Shown: piece by piece, positions 37,772-50,278 of the stretch | Layout of the letters: every line of letters begins with the position of its first letter | Position numbering within the stretch: the first letter of the stretch is position 1 | Assembly: GCA_043228905.1 (NCBI GenBank) | Contig: JBHGNT010000018.1 | Span: 6,510,001-6,574,000, forward strand | Origin: Azolla caroliniana | Taxonomy: Eukaryota; Plantae; Polypodiophyta | Reading direction: 5' to 3' | Length of the DNA stretch: 64,000 nt | Made by a program: the position numbers and the translations under genes | Notes under the pieces: model-generated | What the model saw: the letters and a program-made list of their open reading frames with translations, nothing else | Told to the model about the DNA's origin: nothing | Database searches by the model: none

Positions 37772-38967
37772 GTGCCGGGAGGTTCAAGGAGGGGGTCGAT
37801 GACGAGGTGGTGCCACCCTCGAGTGGGGGTGGGGTTTGCGGCTGCCCAAGTAGACGTCTTATCGCGGTAAACATGGGGGTAAAGGAAGACGTCGACTTGG
37901 GGTTCGGAGGCGACTTCGGGGTAATAGTTGTAGAGGCGGGTGAGAAGTAGGGGGGTCTCGCAGAAGTCGAACTCCCATGGAATGGGGGCGGTAGACTAAT
38001 TGTCAAGACGAGTGTCCCAACTGGTACCACTTTCGATGCAATCAAGGGCGGTTTGGAGGCCGTGGGTGAGTTGGTAGCGGTCGACCAAATCAGCGTAGCG
38101 TTGAAGCGGGCGCTCAGGGTGTGGAGTAAGGGAGGTGTAGTGAAGATGGGGAGGGGTAGTTCTTGGTGGAGCATGAGGTGGGCGAGGGGATGGTTGAAGG
38201 GGAGAGATTTGTGGAGGATGGCCTCCAAGAATGTCCGACCAGGGTGGGTGACGACCCGTGTGTGGAGGGGGAAAGGGGGTGAGCCGAGGAGGGTGTGCGA
38301 AAGGGGTTGTTACCGAACATGGGATGTGTGTGGTCGGGGATGTGGTGTTCGAGGTATAGGGCTAATTCCGGTATGTCGTCAACCTCGAGGTCGGTGGGCC
38401 AGTTGAACGTGGCATATTCGATGCTGAATATGTGAGTACGAACCCCGATGTCCTAGGCGGTTTGCCAAGCGCGTAGTAGCCAGAGGAAACCGAAAAGGGG
38501 TATAAAGGTCGTGTTTTCCAACAGGGTGCGGGTGAGGATGTCCGCAATGTGGTGTAAGCGCACCAGTGTTGTGAAGAGGTGGGCCAGCTGGACATCAGAA
38601 GGGCCATACCTTCGAGGAACAAAATGGGGAGGTGTTGGTGGAAGAGGTCGCCGGTTGGGGGAGCAGGGTCTTCGGTGGCTTCCTGGTACAACATGAAGAG
38701 GGCAAGGGCGCAATTGTCTTCAGGGAGTACTCGGATGAAGGTCTGCCGGTCTGGGGGTGTGGTGTCGTCAAAGAATACGCGACGCGTGGCGGCTAACGAC
38801 CGAAGGACGCACGTTGCTTGGATGAGGAGGGTCCGTGGTGTGCGTTGTGTAGTGAAAAGTTCGGAGAGCAGGGAGGTTGAGGTCACGTACACCGAGAGTG
38901 CCCGGATCATATTCAGAGAGCCAGTTGGGGGAAGTAGAGGGGTCTGAACGGTGGAGGGGCCCATCAC
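37772..38967 (-). pseudogene. Extra 3' ORF region B of the Athila-like element, unknown function; continues 24953-24264
   Basis: Broken sense-strand ORFs 38967-38362, 38228-37772 and 24572-24264; no recognised motif. Confidence 0.45.
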
Positions 38968-39042
38968 GCCGGGGGTGAGGGTGTGTTCAAGGGCGGCTTT
39001 CGACGTGCGGAGTTGAAGGATGTCCTTTTCGAGGTCAGCGCA

Positions 39043-40945
39043 TTAGTGGCGGTGTTTGATGAGGAGACATCGATTGTGTTCATTGGCGACTTCGACTTGG
39101 TGGACCATGGCGTCTCGTTCAGCCTTGAGGATCATGATCTCGCTCGTGAGTTCGTGAGTGGTGGCCAGGGCCTCGGACCGTTCGGAGAGATCAGCCGTCA
39201 CGGCTGCGAGGTGGGCCTCGATCAGTTGGTGTTGGGTGGTGAGGCAGACGTACTCGGCCGAAAGTTCGGCATGTGTTTGCGCTGCGCGTTCCTGGTCGTG
39301 GTGCCAGGTTGTCCGAGCTTGTTGGAATTCGTCAGCGAGTTGTTGGTGTCGGGTTTGCGTTGTCAGGAGTTCTTGCTTGAGGAGGTCGTGGGTGGCCGCT
39401 TGGCATGCGTTGGTATGGAGGGCGCTCCGTACCTCGGTGACCAAGATCTCGTTCCGTGTAGAGGTCTCATGTTGGTCGGTGGCGGTCTGTTGGGCCTGTG
39501 CCGGAACTTGAAGTAGGTGACGGTTCACGATGGCAGTCATCTTGAGGAGGTCGGCCACCATGTCGGTTAAGGGTTTGGGTGGAACGACGAGGGAGGGGGT
39601 AGGGTGAGTAGTAACTCCAGTGAGGGAGGTCGAGTAGGGCACGAAGGTCGAGAGTGGGGGTGGCGGTAGCGGGGTTGCCATTTGGGCGGGAGCGAGGGTG
39701 GGTTGGAGGGGAACTGCCGGGGTTGCAGTCGAGGGCAGGTCGGGGGCGGCGTGGCAGTCGAGTTTATGGGGTCCGGGTAGCGGGGTGTCGGTGGTGGTGG
39801 TGGATGGGAAAGGTGGGGTAGTTGTGGCCGGAGGGGGGGGAGAGGATTCGTGGGATGGAGGGGTTGGCGAGGTGGGTGGAGGCGGGGCAGGCGGGTTCCG
39901 TTGGTCGCGCAAGATTGACTTCGTGGTGCAGCTGCGGGAACGCGGAGTCGTGGTTGTGTTCTGACAAATAGTGGAAAGTGGTGGACAAGGCTTGGATTTC
40001 GGTGGGGGTGAACTCGTGTGTCTAGAATTCCTTGACACGATTCGTGATATCCTCAGGGGTGTCGAGGTTAGCTTCGGCTGACACGTGGGTGATCGGGGGT
40101 TATTTGTGCGCCGGTGGCCGTGCCTGTTCACCTTGGTGTACCTGTCGTAAAAAGTCGCGTTCGCGGAGGCGAAGGCGTTCGAGTTGGCCTGGGATAGTGA
40201 TCTTGTGGAAGTGTTCTTGGCAGCGTACGAAGGGAGGGGCAGGGGGTCCGATGCTAAACTTTGCGCACAAGTAGCGGGTGAGGAACCACGCGAAATTGAC
40301 AGTCGATTTGGGCCGTGTGTGCCATTCTCGGACCCGGCGGACAAGCTCATGAGCCCACTGGACCGGTTGCGGATTATGCGCCCACTTGAGGTACTCACCG
40401 GTGATACGAGCGGTGGCATCGGTAGATGTGGTGTCGCCGATTTGGGCATTTGCGCTACAACGGTCGTGGAGATGGAGAGGGATTTCGGTGTAACGCCACC
40501 CTTCACGTCCAGAATATTCGGCGTAGGCGACAGGAATGATGTTGGGGACAACCCCAGGGGTCCTCGTGGTGCGGAAGGGGGTGCCCTCGAGGGGTAAATG
40601 CAGTGTAGCACAAACGTCGGTCGCGGTGAAGTGGAATGCGACGGGGGGGGAGTCTGCGAAAGGTTGCATATCGATGTGGCCTGTATCGGGGTTGTACTCG
40701 ATGAGGAAACGGTTGACCAGTTCGGGTAGGATGCCCCACGACCCAATCCCAAGGAAGAACTTGAGGCCAAGTCGTGAGAGAGTGGCGAACACGTCGGGTT
40801 CGAGGTACTTGAGCTGCGTGGCGGCCATGGGAACCCGGTAAGTACATCGGGTATTGTTGAACACTGCTGGAATGACTAAGGAACCGCACCCTGTGTCGGG
40901 GTAGTATGCGTGGAGGAGTTTGATGAATTGGGGAGGCGTCATCAT
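39043..40945 (-). pseudogene. Extra 3' ORF A: globular N-terminal domain, Pro-rich linker and coiled coil (one apparent frameshift)
   Basis: PELVNRFLIEY..FTATDVCATLHLPLEG resembles plant retrotransposon accessory-ORF domains (Athila ORF1 / Transposase_32-like); heptad-rich C-terminus. Confidence 0.6.
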
Positions 40946-41420
40946 TTGCAACCTGTGAGGAAAAATATTAGTATAGTTAAATGTGGTCACGAATCAGCAA
41001 GTACGAGTAGTTTCAATAGATTCCCCCGCTTTTTTTTTTTTTTACAGAGAGCGGGATGTGTGGTCCTAACTACGTAGTAACGTAACAACTAAGGGTTAGG
41101 TGGTCTAGGAGTTGCAGAGCGTGTAGTGAGAAGGAAGGCGACAAGCAGAAAGAGGAGAGCTAAAAAAGGAGGGAGGGGAGGTAGAGCAAAGAAGAAGGAG
41201 AAAAAGAAGAAGACGAAGGAAAACGAAAAAAAAAGTAAAAAGGAAAAAGGAAAAAGAAAAAACAAAACAAAATAAATAAATAAATAGAAAATAAAATAAA
41301 ATAAATATAATAATAATTGGTATAGAAAAAATAATAAAAAGCATAAAAATAAAAAAGAAAGAAAAGAAAATACATAAATAAATACAAAGAAAACTGACAA
41401 TAATAGTCATTACAAATACA

Positions 41421-42350
41421 TTAAATCAATAAAATAATGGTAAAGATCATAAAAAAATAAAAAAATAAAAAAAATTCTCCACAACGTTGTCCGTCCGCTA
41501 AAACAGCGTGAACATTCACCCATTCTCGTGGTTTGGGTGTTTGTGTTCTGACGTTAACGTCGTTCTGGTTTTGGGTGGCCAGTGTGTGTTGGCGTTCGGT
41601 TTGGTTGAGCGACTCCGCGCCTTGGGGTTCATCGATGTCCCATGCAGGGGTGTTTCGATCGTGAGCGGGGAGTCGGTTTCGTTTCGGAACCCAGAAGCTA
41701 GTGGCGCCATTGTGCCAACCTTGTGCGGTTGTGAGTATTTTTCTAACTCGCCACACCGCACGTTCTCTGCAGTGTGGGCCTTCAGCGAAAACTGCGTGGA
41801 CATTCACCCATTCTCGTGGTTTGGGTGTCTGTGTTCTATTATTAGTGTCGCGTTGGCCATGGGCGACCTGTGGGTGTTGGTGTTTTGCTTGTTTGGGTAG
41901 CTCCACGCTTTGGGGATCAGCGAGGACAGCGAGATGTGATTCCAGTGTTGTTGCGATGAGGTCCTCAGACTTCAGTCCACCTCCTGTTTGAAAAGAGACG
42001 ATGTGTTTGTTGGGTGATAGGAGACATTCACTTATGCGACACCAATCTAAACCGAGGAGGCATTGTATGTGCATCACTCCGGGTGGGAGTACCCGAACTT
42101 GGATTAAGTGTGCGTTGTATTCTGTCTTGATGTTACACCCAAAAATTCCCAAGCAACATGACGTGGACCCATCGAAGCCACAGAAGTTGTCATTGCACAC
42201 TTCGAGGTCTGGGCAACCTAGACGTCTCCATGTTTCGAAGGAGAAAAGGGTTAGCGATGCTCCTGTGTCAATTACCGCCGTCAAAGGCATGTCGTCAACG
42301 CAACATCGTAGTTGCATTGTTCCATCATTAGAGTTGGCCACCCGAGCCAT
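41421..42350 (-). CDS. Second retropepsin-type aspartic protease ORF downstream of integrase
   Basis: AVIDTGASLTLFS (DTG at 42269-42261), GFDGS flap region, CLLGLDW. Confidence 0.85.
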   Translation of the reverse strand: MARVANSNDGTMQLRCCVDDMPLTAVIDTGASLTLFSFETWRRLGCPDLEVCNDNFCGFDGSTSCCLGIFGCNIKTEYNAHLIQVRVLPPGVMHIQCLLGLDWCRISECLLSPNKHIVSFQTGGGLKSEDLIATTLESHLAVLADPQSVELPKQAKHQHPQVAHGQRDTNNRTQTPKPREWVNVHAVFAEGPHCRERAVWRVRKILTTAQGWHNGATSFWVPKRNRLPAHDRNTPAWDIDEPQGAESLNQTERQHTLATQNQNDVNVRTQTPKPREWVNVHAVLADGQRCGEFFLFFYFFMIFTIILLI

Positions 42351-42374
42351 GGCTGTCGGATGGGCGTGTCCCTG

Positions 42375-45300
42375 TCACTTCAATTTCGCTTGCGTATTGC
42401 GCAAGTCAGTTTCGAGCCAGGCCATTCGGCCTTCGGAGGCTTTAAGTTTGGCCTCTACCTCTCGTTGCCGAGCCGTGAGTAGAGCCTCGAGTGTGAGGGT
42501 TCCATAGTAACGTTTGAGCTTGCTCCCATTAATGAGCCCGGGGATGTCAAAACCTTCGATCGTGCGTAGGCGACATGCTCCTGTCTTGGTAATCTTCGAA
42601 ACCACATACGGGCCTTCACCTCGTAACTTCAGCTTCTTCTTGTGTCGTTGAGAGGAGAATTTGAGGGCCATGTCGCCTTCCGCGAGGTCTTTGTTCTTGA
42701 CTTTATTGTCGTGCCACACGCTTTCTCTGCCAAGAGTGCCTAGAATGCGAGAAGGCGAGTTTCTGTCAGTCGTTCTAGGTTCTCTAGGCGTGATGGGAGG
42801 GGGTCCCCTTCCCATCGTTCTTGTACGGCGATCCTAAGGCTGGGGACAAGGAACTCGATGGGTAATACTTCTTCTTGCTCGTACACTAGTTTGAATGGTG
42901 TGTGGCGAGTTGCGACTTTGTAGGAAGTACGGAAAGCCCATAATGCTGCTTGGAGTTTGGTGCTTCAAATTAGATCGTGAGGAAGCGACTATCTTTATGA
43001 GTACTGCACATAGCACCTTATTCGTGCTTTCCGCTTGTCCGTTGCATCGAGGGTAATAAGGAGAACTTTTGCGGTGTGTCACCATAAACTCGCCTAATAA
43101 ATGTGCTATCAGCTCGTTCAGGAAATGTGAGCCTTGGTCACTAATGATTTCGAGCGGACATCCAAACCGTACAATGACATTTGCATATAGGAATTTGGCA
43201 GTACTATGCTCGTCGGCGTTAACGCAAGCTTTAGCTTCAACCCACTTGGTGGCGTAGTTGGTGACGGTTATTATGTATCGGTTGAGGTTGGAAGCTAGGC
43301 TGATTGGGCCGATAAAGTCGATACCCCATTTCTTGAATGGTTGCCATGCCACCACCGAGTTTAACGTATTAAAATCCGCTTTTAGCGGGTGTTTGAAATG
43401 TTGGCACTCGTCACAGCGACGTACGTACACGTATGCGTCTTTGAAGAGTGTTGGCCACCATAGGCCGGACTGGAGGATCTTGCGCGCAGTGGTCTCGTGA
43501 TTGAAATGAACACTTCCCCTCCCGCAATGAGCTTGTTCGAGGGTGGTGACGACATCATACTCTGTTATACACCTCCGAAGTAGATCGTCGTTACCCTGAC
43601 GGTACAGATTGCCTCGGAGAATCGTGAAGGGGCCACATTTCTTTAGCAAGGCACGCACATGTGTTCGTGGTAGTTGTTTTAGGAAGGACGCTCCTTCAGT
43701 TAAGACGCGAACTATGTATCGATATCGATCACGAATAATGCTGCATCTGATGTTTCATCATCGACCCCATGGCTTCTTATCCGTTGGGAATCCGGGAGAA
43801 ATGATCGGCGAGTACATGGTCTTTCCCTTTCCTCACTACTACCTTGAAGTCGAACTGGAGTAACGTTACGATCCATCGTGAGATGTGTCCAGTGGCGTGA
43901 GTTTTGTTTACTAAGTAGAGTACGGCCTGATGGTCTACAAAAAACGAGAACCGGGACACCAACAGGTAGTGGCAGAATTTCTTTACGCTGTAGACCATGG
44001 CCAAAGCCTCCCATTCCATCGTGGAGTAATTTCGTTCCGCAGCATTTAGCTGGCGACTAGCGAAGGTGACCGGTAGGTCGAGTGCCCCTTCACCGGGTTG
44101 GGCTAGCACTGCACCAATCGCGAAGGCGGAAGCGTCGGTGTGCATGCGGAATTCTTTGGTCCAATCGGGAGGCCAGAGGATGGGGGCCTTAGTTAGGCAC
44201 TCTTTCAAGAGCTTGAAGGAGTGTTTGCATTCTTCTATCCACACGAACTGCTTTAATAGGGAGTAGAGTGGTCTATCCTTGTCCGCGAACATCTTAATGA
44301 AGTGTCTATAGTAACCCGCGTATCCCATGAACCCTTGTAGTTGTTTCTCGTTCGTGGGGGGTGGCATGTCGGGGATGAGTTTTACTTTTGCCTCATCGGT
44401 CGAGATCCCGTGCCGGGACACGACATGTCCTAATATTATTTTGTGCTTGACCTAGAACTGACACTTGAGCAGGTTGAGAGAGAGTTGATAGGTTCTACAT
44501 TTTTCGAACGTCAAACGGAGCAGCCCCAAGTGGTCATGCCATTTCGAATTGCAACATAAGTTGTCAACGTAAGACTCCACCCCTTTTCGTAACCTTGCGG
44601 CAAAGATATGGTCCGCCGCTCTTTGGTAGGTGCTCAAGGCGCTCGTGAGTCCGAAAGGCATTTGTTTATAAGCGAACGTACCAAATTCCGTGGCGAAAGC
44701 TGTCTTGTGTTGATCCTCAGGGACCCCCGAGATTTGGTTGTACCCGGAGAACCCGTCGATGAAGCTATACGCTTCTACTCCCGCGGTTCTTTCAAGTAAA
44801 TGTTCGATGTAGGGTACCGGGTAATTGTCCTTGATAGTGGCTTCGTTGACTTGGCGGTAGTCTACACATATGCGGATCTGGCCATTTTTCTTTGGGACGA
44901 CCACAATTGGGGAGACCCAAGTAGTTCATTCGATTGGGTAGATAATGCCTGCAGCCAACATTTTGTTGATTTCGGCTTTCACTTGTTGGGTGTAGTTAGG
45001 GTTCAATGGACGTGGCCTTTGCCGGATTGGGCAGGCGTCGGCTCGCATGGGGATATTATGTGTGACGACCTCAGCTGGGACTCCCTTCATGTCGATGTAC
45101 GACCATGCAAACACGTCGCTAAATTCCGTGAGGAGGGTGATCAAGGACGCCTCCTTGTCGGGCTGGAGATCTGTAGCTATGAACACCGGTTTGGAGTTTG
45201 CCCCTTTCCCGAGGTTGATTTCTTTCACCCTTGTTGATCCATCATAGACTTCTCCTAGGCCTTGGGGGTTGCGTTGCAGTCTCTTACAAGCCACTGCCCT

Positions 45301-46130
45301 ACTCCCTTGTTCATAGAGTTTGAAATGCTCTGGGAAGTCCGCTTCTGTCACAGCCTCTTCAGTGTTCGTGACATCACCTGGACGTGTGACTCATTGTACC
45401 AATTCTTCGTCCTTTACGTCTATGTCTTTTCGCCGAGGTCCTAGGGTGGTGACGTTGAAGCCCAATATTGTCTCTCCGTTCTTGTCACAACACTTTGTAC
45501 CTATAGGGTACATTGCGTCGGTTGTGGTGAGAGCGTGCACCCAATTCATTTCTGACGTTTCGGAGGCGACGGATTGGTCGTCTCTCTCACGTGCGTTCCC
45601 CTCTTTTGAAGTGGTGAGGCTTTGAGGAAAGTGTTGGCCTCTGGTCAAGAGTTGAACTGTCTTTGTGGGGTTGCACGCTAGGAGGTTGGTCTCGAACTCA
45701 GTGGTTTCTGACCAATCGTCTACGAGAGGGCTACCTTCTTGTTCATGCACTTTTTGTGTGTATGCTTTGATGCGAAAGGTTTTGTTATCCTTTCGCATAT
45801 AGATTATATCGTTCCCAAAATCCACTACCATGCGGCTTATACGTAGGAATGGTCTTCCTAGTAAGCACTCGTAGGCTACATGGTTGGACGATCTTATAAC
45901 GACGAAGGTGAGATTGAACTCCACTTCGTGGATAGTGAAGTGATGCGCAGGAATCATGCCTTCCGGTCTTTGGATGGACCCGTCTGCCATTCGTAGTTTG
46001 ACATCGGAAGGCAGCATTCTTGGGCTCCCCCACTTACACCAACATTTGTAACTAACGATACTTACCCCTGCTCCGGTGTCAATGATGGTGTCACACGTCT
46101 TACCACTGACCCAAACTGGTAGAGTGAAAC
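42375..46130 (-). pseudogene. Athila-like pol: PR (DTG 46080-46072), RT, RNase H, integrase
   Basis: TIIDTGAGVSIV..LLGRPFL; RICVDYR, DGFSGYNQI, MPFGL, YVDN; TDASAFAIG; WGIDFIGP, SDQGSHF, NGQAE, EGPY. Frameshifts present. Confidence 0.93.
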
Positions 46131-46185
46131 TAGTGTCGTCGCTCTCGAAGTGGGCTTCGTGGACGTCGACTGGCGGACCTTCGGG

Positions 46186-48885
46186 TTATTTGAGGACTGT
46201 GGACGTGTGAGGAGTGTGGGTGTGTATCCCCTCACCATATCCCGCTGATAGGCCAACATTGAGGCGTCGGAGGACGTCGTGCCACGGTTGAATGTCGAGT
46301 TTGAGTAGTTCTTCGAGCGTGAACTCTATTTCCTTGGCGAGTAGAGGTCGTAGCAGGGGGTTGTCAGTGGTGAAGGTGCCAATGTAGCTCTGCACTTCGC
46401 GTAATGTGAGTCGCAATCTTAAATTTAAGATTTGTTGGAGTAGAGTTGTGTTGACCTCTTTGATCGGGGTAGGATGGCAAATGGGGGTGTCGGTTGGTGT
46501 GACGATGGGGGGAGGTGAGGGGTTTACCCATTCTTCTAGTTGGTCGAAGTTTAAGCTGGGGAGGCTAAGTGATTTTTCAAACTGTTCGTGCTGTATGAGT
46601 TTGATGTATTCTTCTACTTTTTGATTCTCAGCTACTAGGTTTGGGTATGCCGCTAGGTGCGCCGACAGTTCTTGATTCGGATTGACAGGTAATGTTTCTG
46701 TGTCTCCCTCCAGTTCTTGATCTTGTTTTGAGGTCTGTGTGGAATTATTCTTTCTAGATTTGTGTCTCTTACGTGCGGTCACGGGGAGACCTTGATCTTG
46801 GTATTTTAAATTGTGCGCTACTCATTGGGCTCGTGTGATGACATTGGCACCGATCGTGGATGGTACAATGGACAACAGATTTGTGCCGACCCTTTTCTTC
46901 TTTTCCGAGCAATCAGGTACTATGTGTTCTTTACCACACCCTGGGCATGATGCTTCTCTTTGGAACCATTCGATGAGGTCTTGCGACTGTTGGGTGGGCC
47001 CTTGCACCGGTGGTTGCGGAGGCGTGTCGAGTGGGAGGTGTTGTGGTCGTTGGGCCATCTGGTTGTAGTACTCATGTTTGGTTGGGCACTCGCTACCCAT
47101 ATGTGGGCCTTGGCAGTTGAAGCATTTCAATTCTGACCTCCTTAGACCATTGTTGTTGCGGTATCCCATAGGGGGTCCATGTTGTTCCCCTCTCAAGACG
47201 TACACTGGTATTTGGTCTCCTTCAAAATCCACGAAATGGGACAACACCTCTTCTTCAATGCCATACTCCCAGTACGGGTCTTCATATTCGGGGGTGCTCG
47301 CTCTGACCTGGGTTTGGTTATCTGTGGTATACTCTAGTTCAGTGAGGCGGGCGCCGATGCGCGGTAATGGGCGTTGTTGAGGGAGTATCGCTGGTAGTGG
47401 TGGATGGCTAAGTGGTGGGGGAGAGCGTGGGTGTTCCACCATTGATGTTTGGTCGTACCTTCCAGTGGGGGCTTGCCAGTAGTTCTCTTGCGTATGCATT
47501 ACGAAAGCTTTGCACCACTTACAGTATTGCGGTCGTCGTTGATGAAGGAGGGGACACTCATGTCCCGTGTGGTGTCCGTAACATACCGTGCAGCTTACAT
47601 TCTCTCGTTGGGCGTATGCTTGGGGTCTTTCTATACGGGGTGTTCGCGGTGGTGTGGGTAGAGCAGGGGTGGAGTCGGAGGATTTCTCGCGGTTGTTCGT
47701 GGGTGCGTGAGTGGGTATTTGTAATCCACTCATCGAATCTTCAAAGGTCATCACTACTGTGCATGCTTCAACAAACGATCGACACATCCTGGCAATCAGG
47801 AAATTTTGGAGTGTCGTATCAAACAACCCATTAATGAAACGGCTCATCAACTTGTCATCCGACATCTTGTCGTTTGGACTACAACGATGATGCAGGCTTT
47901 TCGTGCGACGTATGTAGTCCCTGACCATTTCGTTCGCTTCTTGTTTGAGGGCGAAAAGTTGGTCAATCGGGTTCCATTTATTCCCTCTACGAGCGAAGTT
48001 TATCAAGAAATCCTCAATGACATACTCAAAATCGGAGGCAATGTCTTCATTCAAGGTTCGAAACCAGATTCCGGCTTGGTCATCAAGTGTGAGTCCAAAC
48101 GCGGCTACCTTGGTGATCTCTGTGAGGGGTTCATAAGCGCGGCAAATCTATTTGAACCTCTCAACATGGTCATAGGCATCGCCGAAACCGAGGAAACGAG
48201 GTACTAGTTTAGAAATGGAAGCACTCTTCCCACTGTCATTTGTGAGGTTTCTCGGATGGTCTATGGGTGCTCACTCTTTTTCCATCAATGCTATGAGAGT
48301 TGGGATGTATTGTAGCGCTAGTGCGAGTTCGGCGTTTGGAGGTGTAGGGGTAGCTTGGTTAGGTGTAGGGATTGTGCCCATGCGTGGTGGTGTCAGGTGT
48401 CGTTGTGCGTGGGTTTCATTCGGGCTATCGCCCGTTGTGCTCGAACGCGGTACGGGGCTGTGCTCCTGACTTCGGCGGTGTATGTGCGACGATGTTTCTA
48501 GGAGGTGAAGTTTTTGTTGCACTCGTGCGAATCTATCCTTCCTTTCTGCCAAAGCGGCTTCAATATCTCGAGTGGTGCTTTCCGGTTGTCCTCCTTTCGC
48601 AAGTTGTACCGTCCATAGATTGATTTCGTGTTCTATCACCCGTAACTCTTGCGTTGCGTCTCGTATATGTCGTTCTACACTGAGTGGGTCTGCCATTGGG
48701 CTCTCCTGTAGTGGGGGTGTGTTGAGAAGTGCTTTAGTTCCTGGGCTCGATGGGAGGTTCATGTTTGGTAGTATCCCCGGAGTTAGCCACCCTCCGTAGT
48801 ACTGAGTCAAGTTAGGTGGGATGGCATCGTGGGTTTGGTTGGTTTGCGTGAACTCCTCCAGGCGTGCGGGTCGGATTTTGAACAT
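46186..48885 (-). pseudogene. Athila-like gag region
   Basis: LKQEANEMVRDYIRR major-homology-like motif; knuckles CTVCYGHHTGHEC, CFNCQGPHMGSEC and CPGCGKEHIVPDC. Confidence 0.85.
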
Positions 48886-49133
48886 TTCTGTCCATCACGA
48901 TCCGGCCATGTTTTCTGGTCAAGCTTTTATACATTCGTCAAAGGATGAATCTTCGTCGAAGGTTGTTCTTTCAACGAGCTTTGTGTGGGAAATTCAAACT
49001 TTTTGGCGCCAACGGTCGCTTCGTGACCCGTAGAGTGATCGTAAGCCGCGAGACTCGCGGTGATTATGCTTGCCCCGTAACGACCTAATCTTCACAACGT
49101 TTAATGTTAACCGAGTGAATGAACAAAAAATCG

Positions 49134-49299
49134 ACTTAATTAACCTATGGAATAATGAGAAAAACGGAAAATGGAACTTAATTAAACTATGAAATGATGA
49201 AAAAAAACAGAAAATGGAACTTAATTAAACTATGAAATGATGACAAAAACAGAAAATGGAACTTAATTAAGCTATGAAATGATAAAAAATAGAAAATGG
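49134..49299. repeat. ~43-bp tandem repeat x4 in the Athila-like 5' leader
   Basis: ACTTAATTAA(A)CTATGAAATGATGA..GAAAATGG units. Confidence 0.85.
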
Positions 49300-50278
49300 T
49301 GGTTCTCTTGCGATTTCTTCCTTCGTTGAGTGGTTTGCCTCCGAGTTTTTGACTACTCGAAAATAGGCTTCAAGCGTTGGTCGTATCCCCGGTAGCGGCG
49401 CCAAATAGATGTTAAGGATCTATGTATCGATGGAGTAAGCTCCTCGATGTCGTGGCGGGATTTGGACCGGCGTATACCCTCTTCATGGCGAATCGGGCGG
49501 AGATGGTTGTCAAATACCTCCGAGCCTCACACTCACTCAATGATTAGTAAATGATTAAGCACGATATCTCTCTCTCTCTCTCATAGACAATAGATTAATG
49601 GATATAGACAATAAGAAGCAAGAGTATGTCTATTATTAACCCTCTTTGCTAAGAGGTCTAGCACCAACAAGGAGAGAGATTAGTGTTCTCTAACTCAACA
49701 CTTCACTAATCTCTCTTAAGCTCAAAGGTTACAAGAAAGAGGAGAGGAAGCTCTAGCTCTAATCAATAGGAGATATTTACAAATGGGAGAACCCCCACAA
49801 AGCCACTACTATGTGGTTTATATAGCTTTCACGTTTAGGGTATGGGCCTTTCACATTTGGCCGTCTCTTTGCTTTCCTTTCCTCTTGTCGTTTCCTCTTC
49901 GTACTACGTCCTTGTTGATGCGTTCTTATTAGTGACTGGTTGTGTTGTTATCCCAATGCTTAACACATACACACACACTCACAACACATATCTCTAGTCT
50001 ATTCTATTGCACAAGAATCACCATCGATTCTTTACATGGTATTAGAGTTGTTTGGTAGCTTGATCTCGCCCATCCACGTGTGTTGAGCTCTACGTTGACG
50101 TTCAAGAAGAACCGGCTCATCGCTATCGTAGTGCAACTACATAGCTCGTATTCAAGAGAGAAGAAGAAGGAAGAAATCTACATCGAACACCATGAATACT
50201 CAAATGGGGAGCGCTCTCCCTAGCGAGAAGTTGGACCAAAACAACTTCGCATCTTGGGAGTACAAGATGCATCAATAC

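Larger units (their letters stand above)
23619..49965 (-). mobile_element. Non-chromoviral (Athila-like) Ty3/Gypsy element, about 13.5 kb without the nested inserts
   Basis: LTRs 23619-24186 and 49410-49965 (about 16 substitutions plus a 12-bp indel). TSD CATAC at 23614-23618 and 49966-49970. PBS TGGCGCCGCTACCGGGGA (49403-49386, tRNA-Asp type). PPT 24187-24198. Order gag-PR-RT-RH-IN plus extra ORFs. Confidence 0.95.

Noticed and set aside
41089-41410. Hydrophobic F/L/I-rich ORFs as a membrane (env) protein
   Set aside because: They are translations of an A-rich low-complexity tract that is open in all three frames
42369-42377. Programmed stop-codon readthrough into the second protease
   Set aside because: The context TGA CAG GGA does not match the CARYYA readthrough motif; CGA>TGA decay or separate initiation is simpler, and this is unresolved without sister copies
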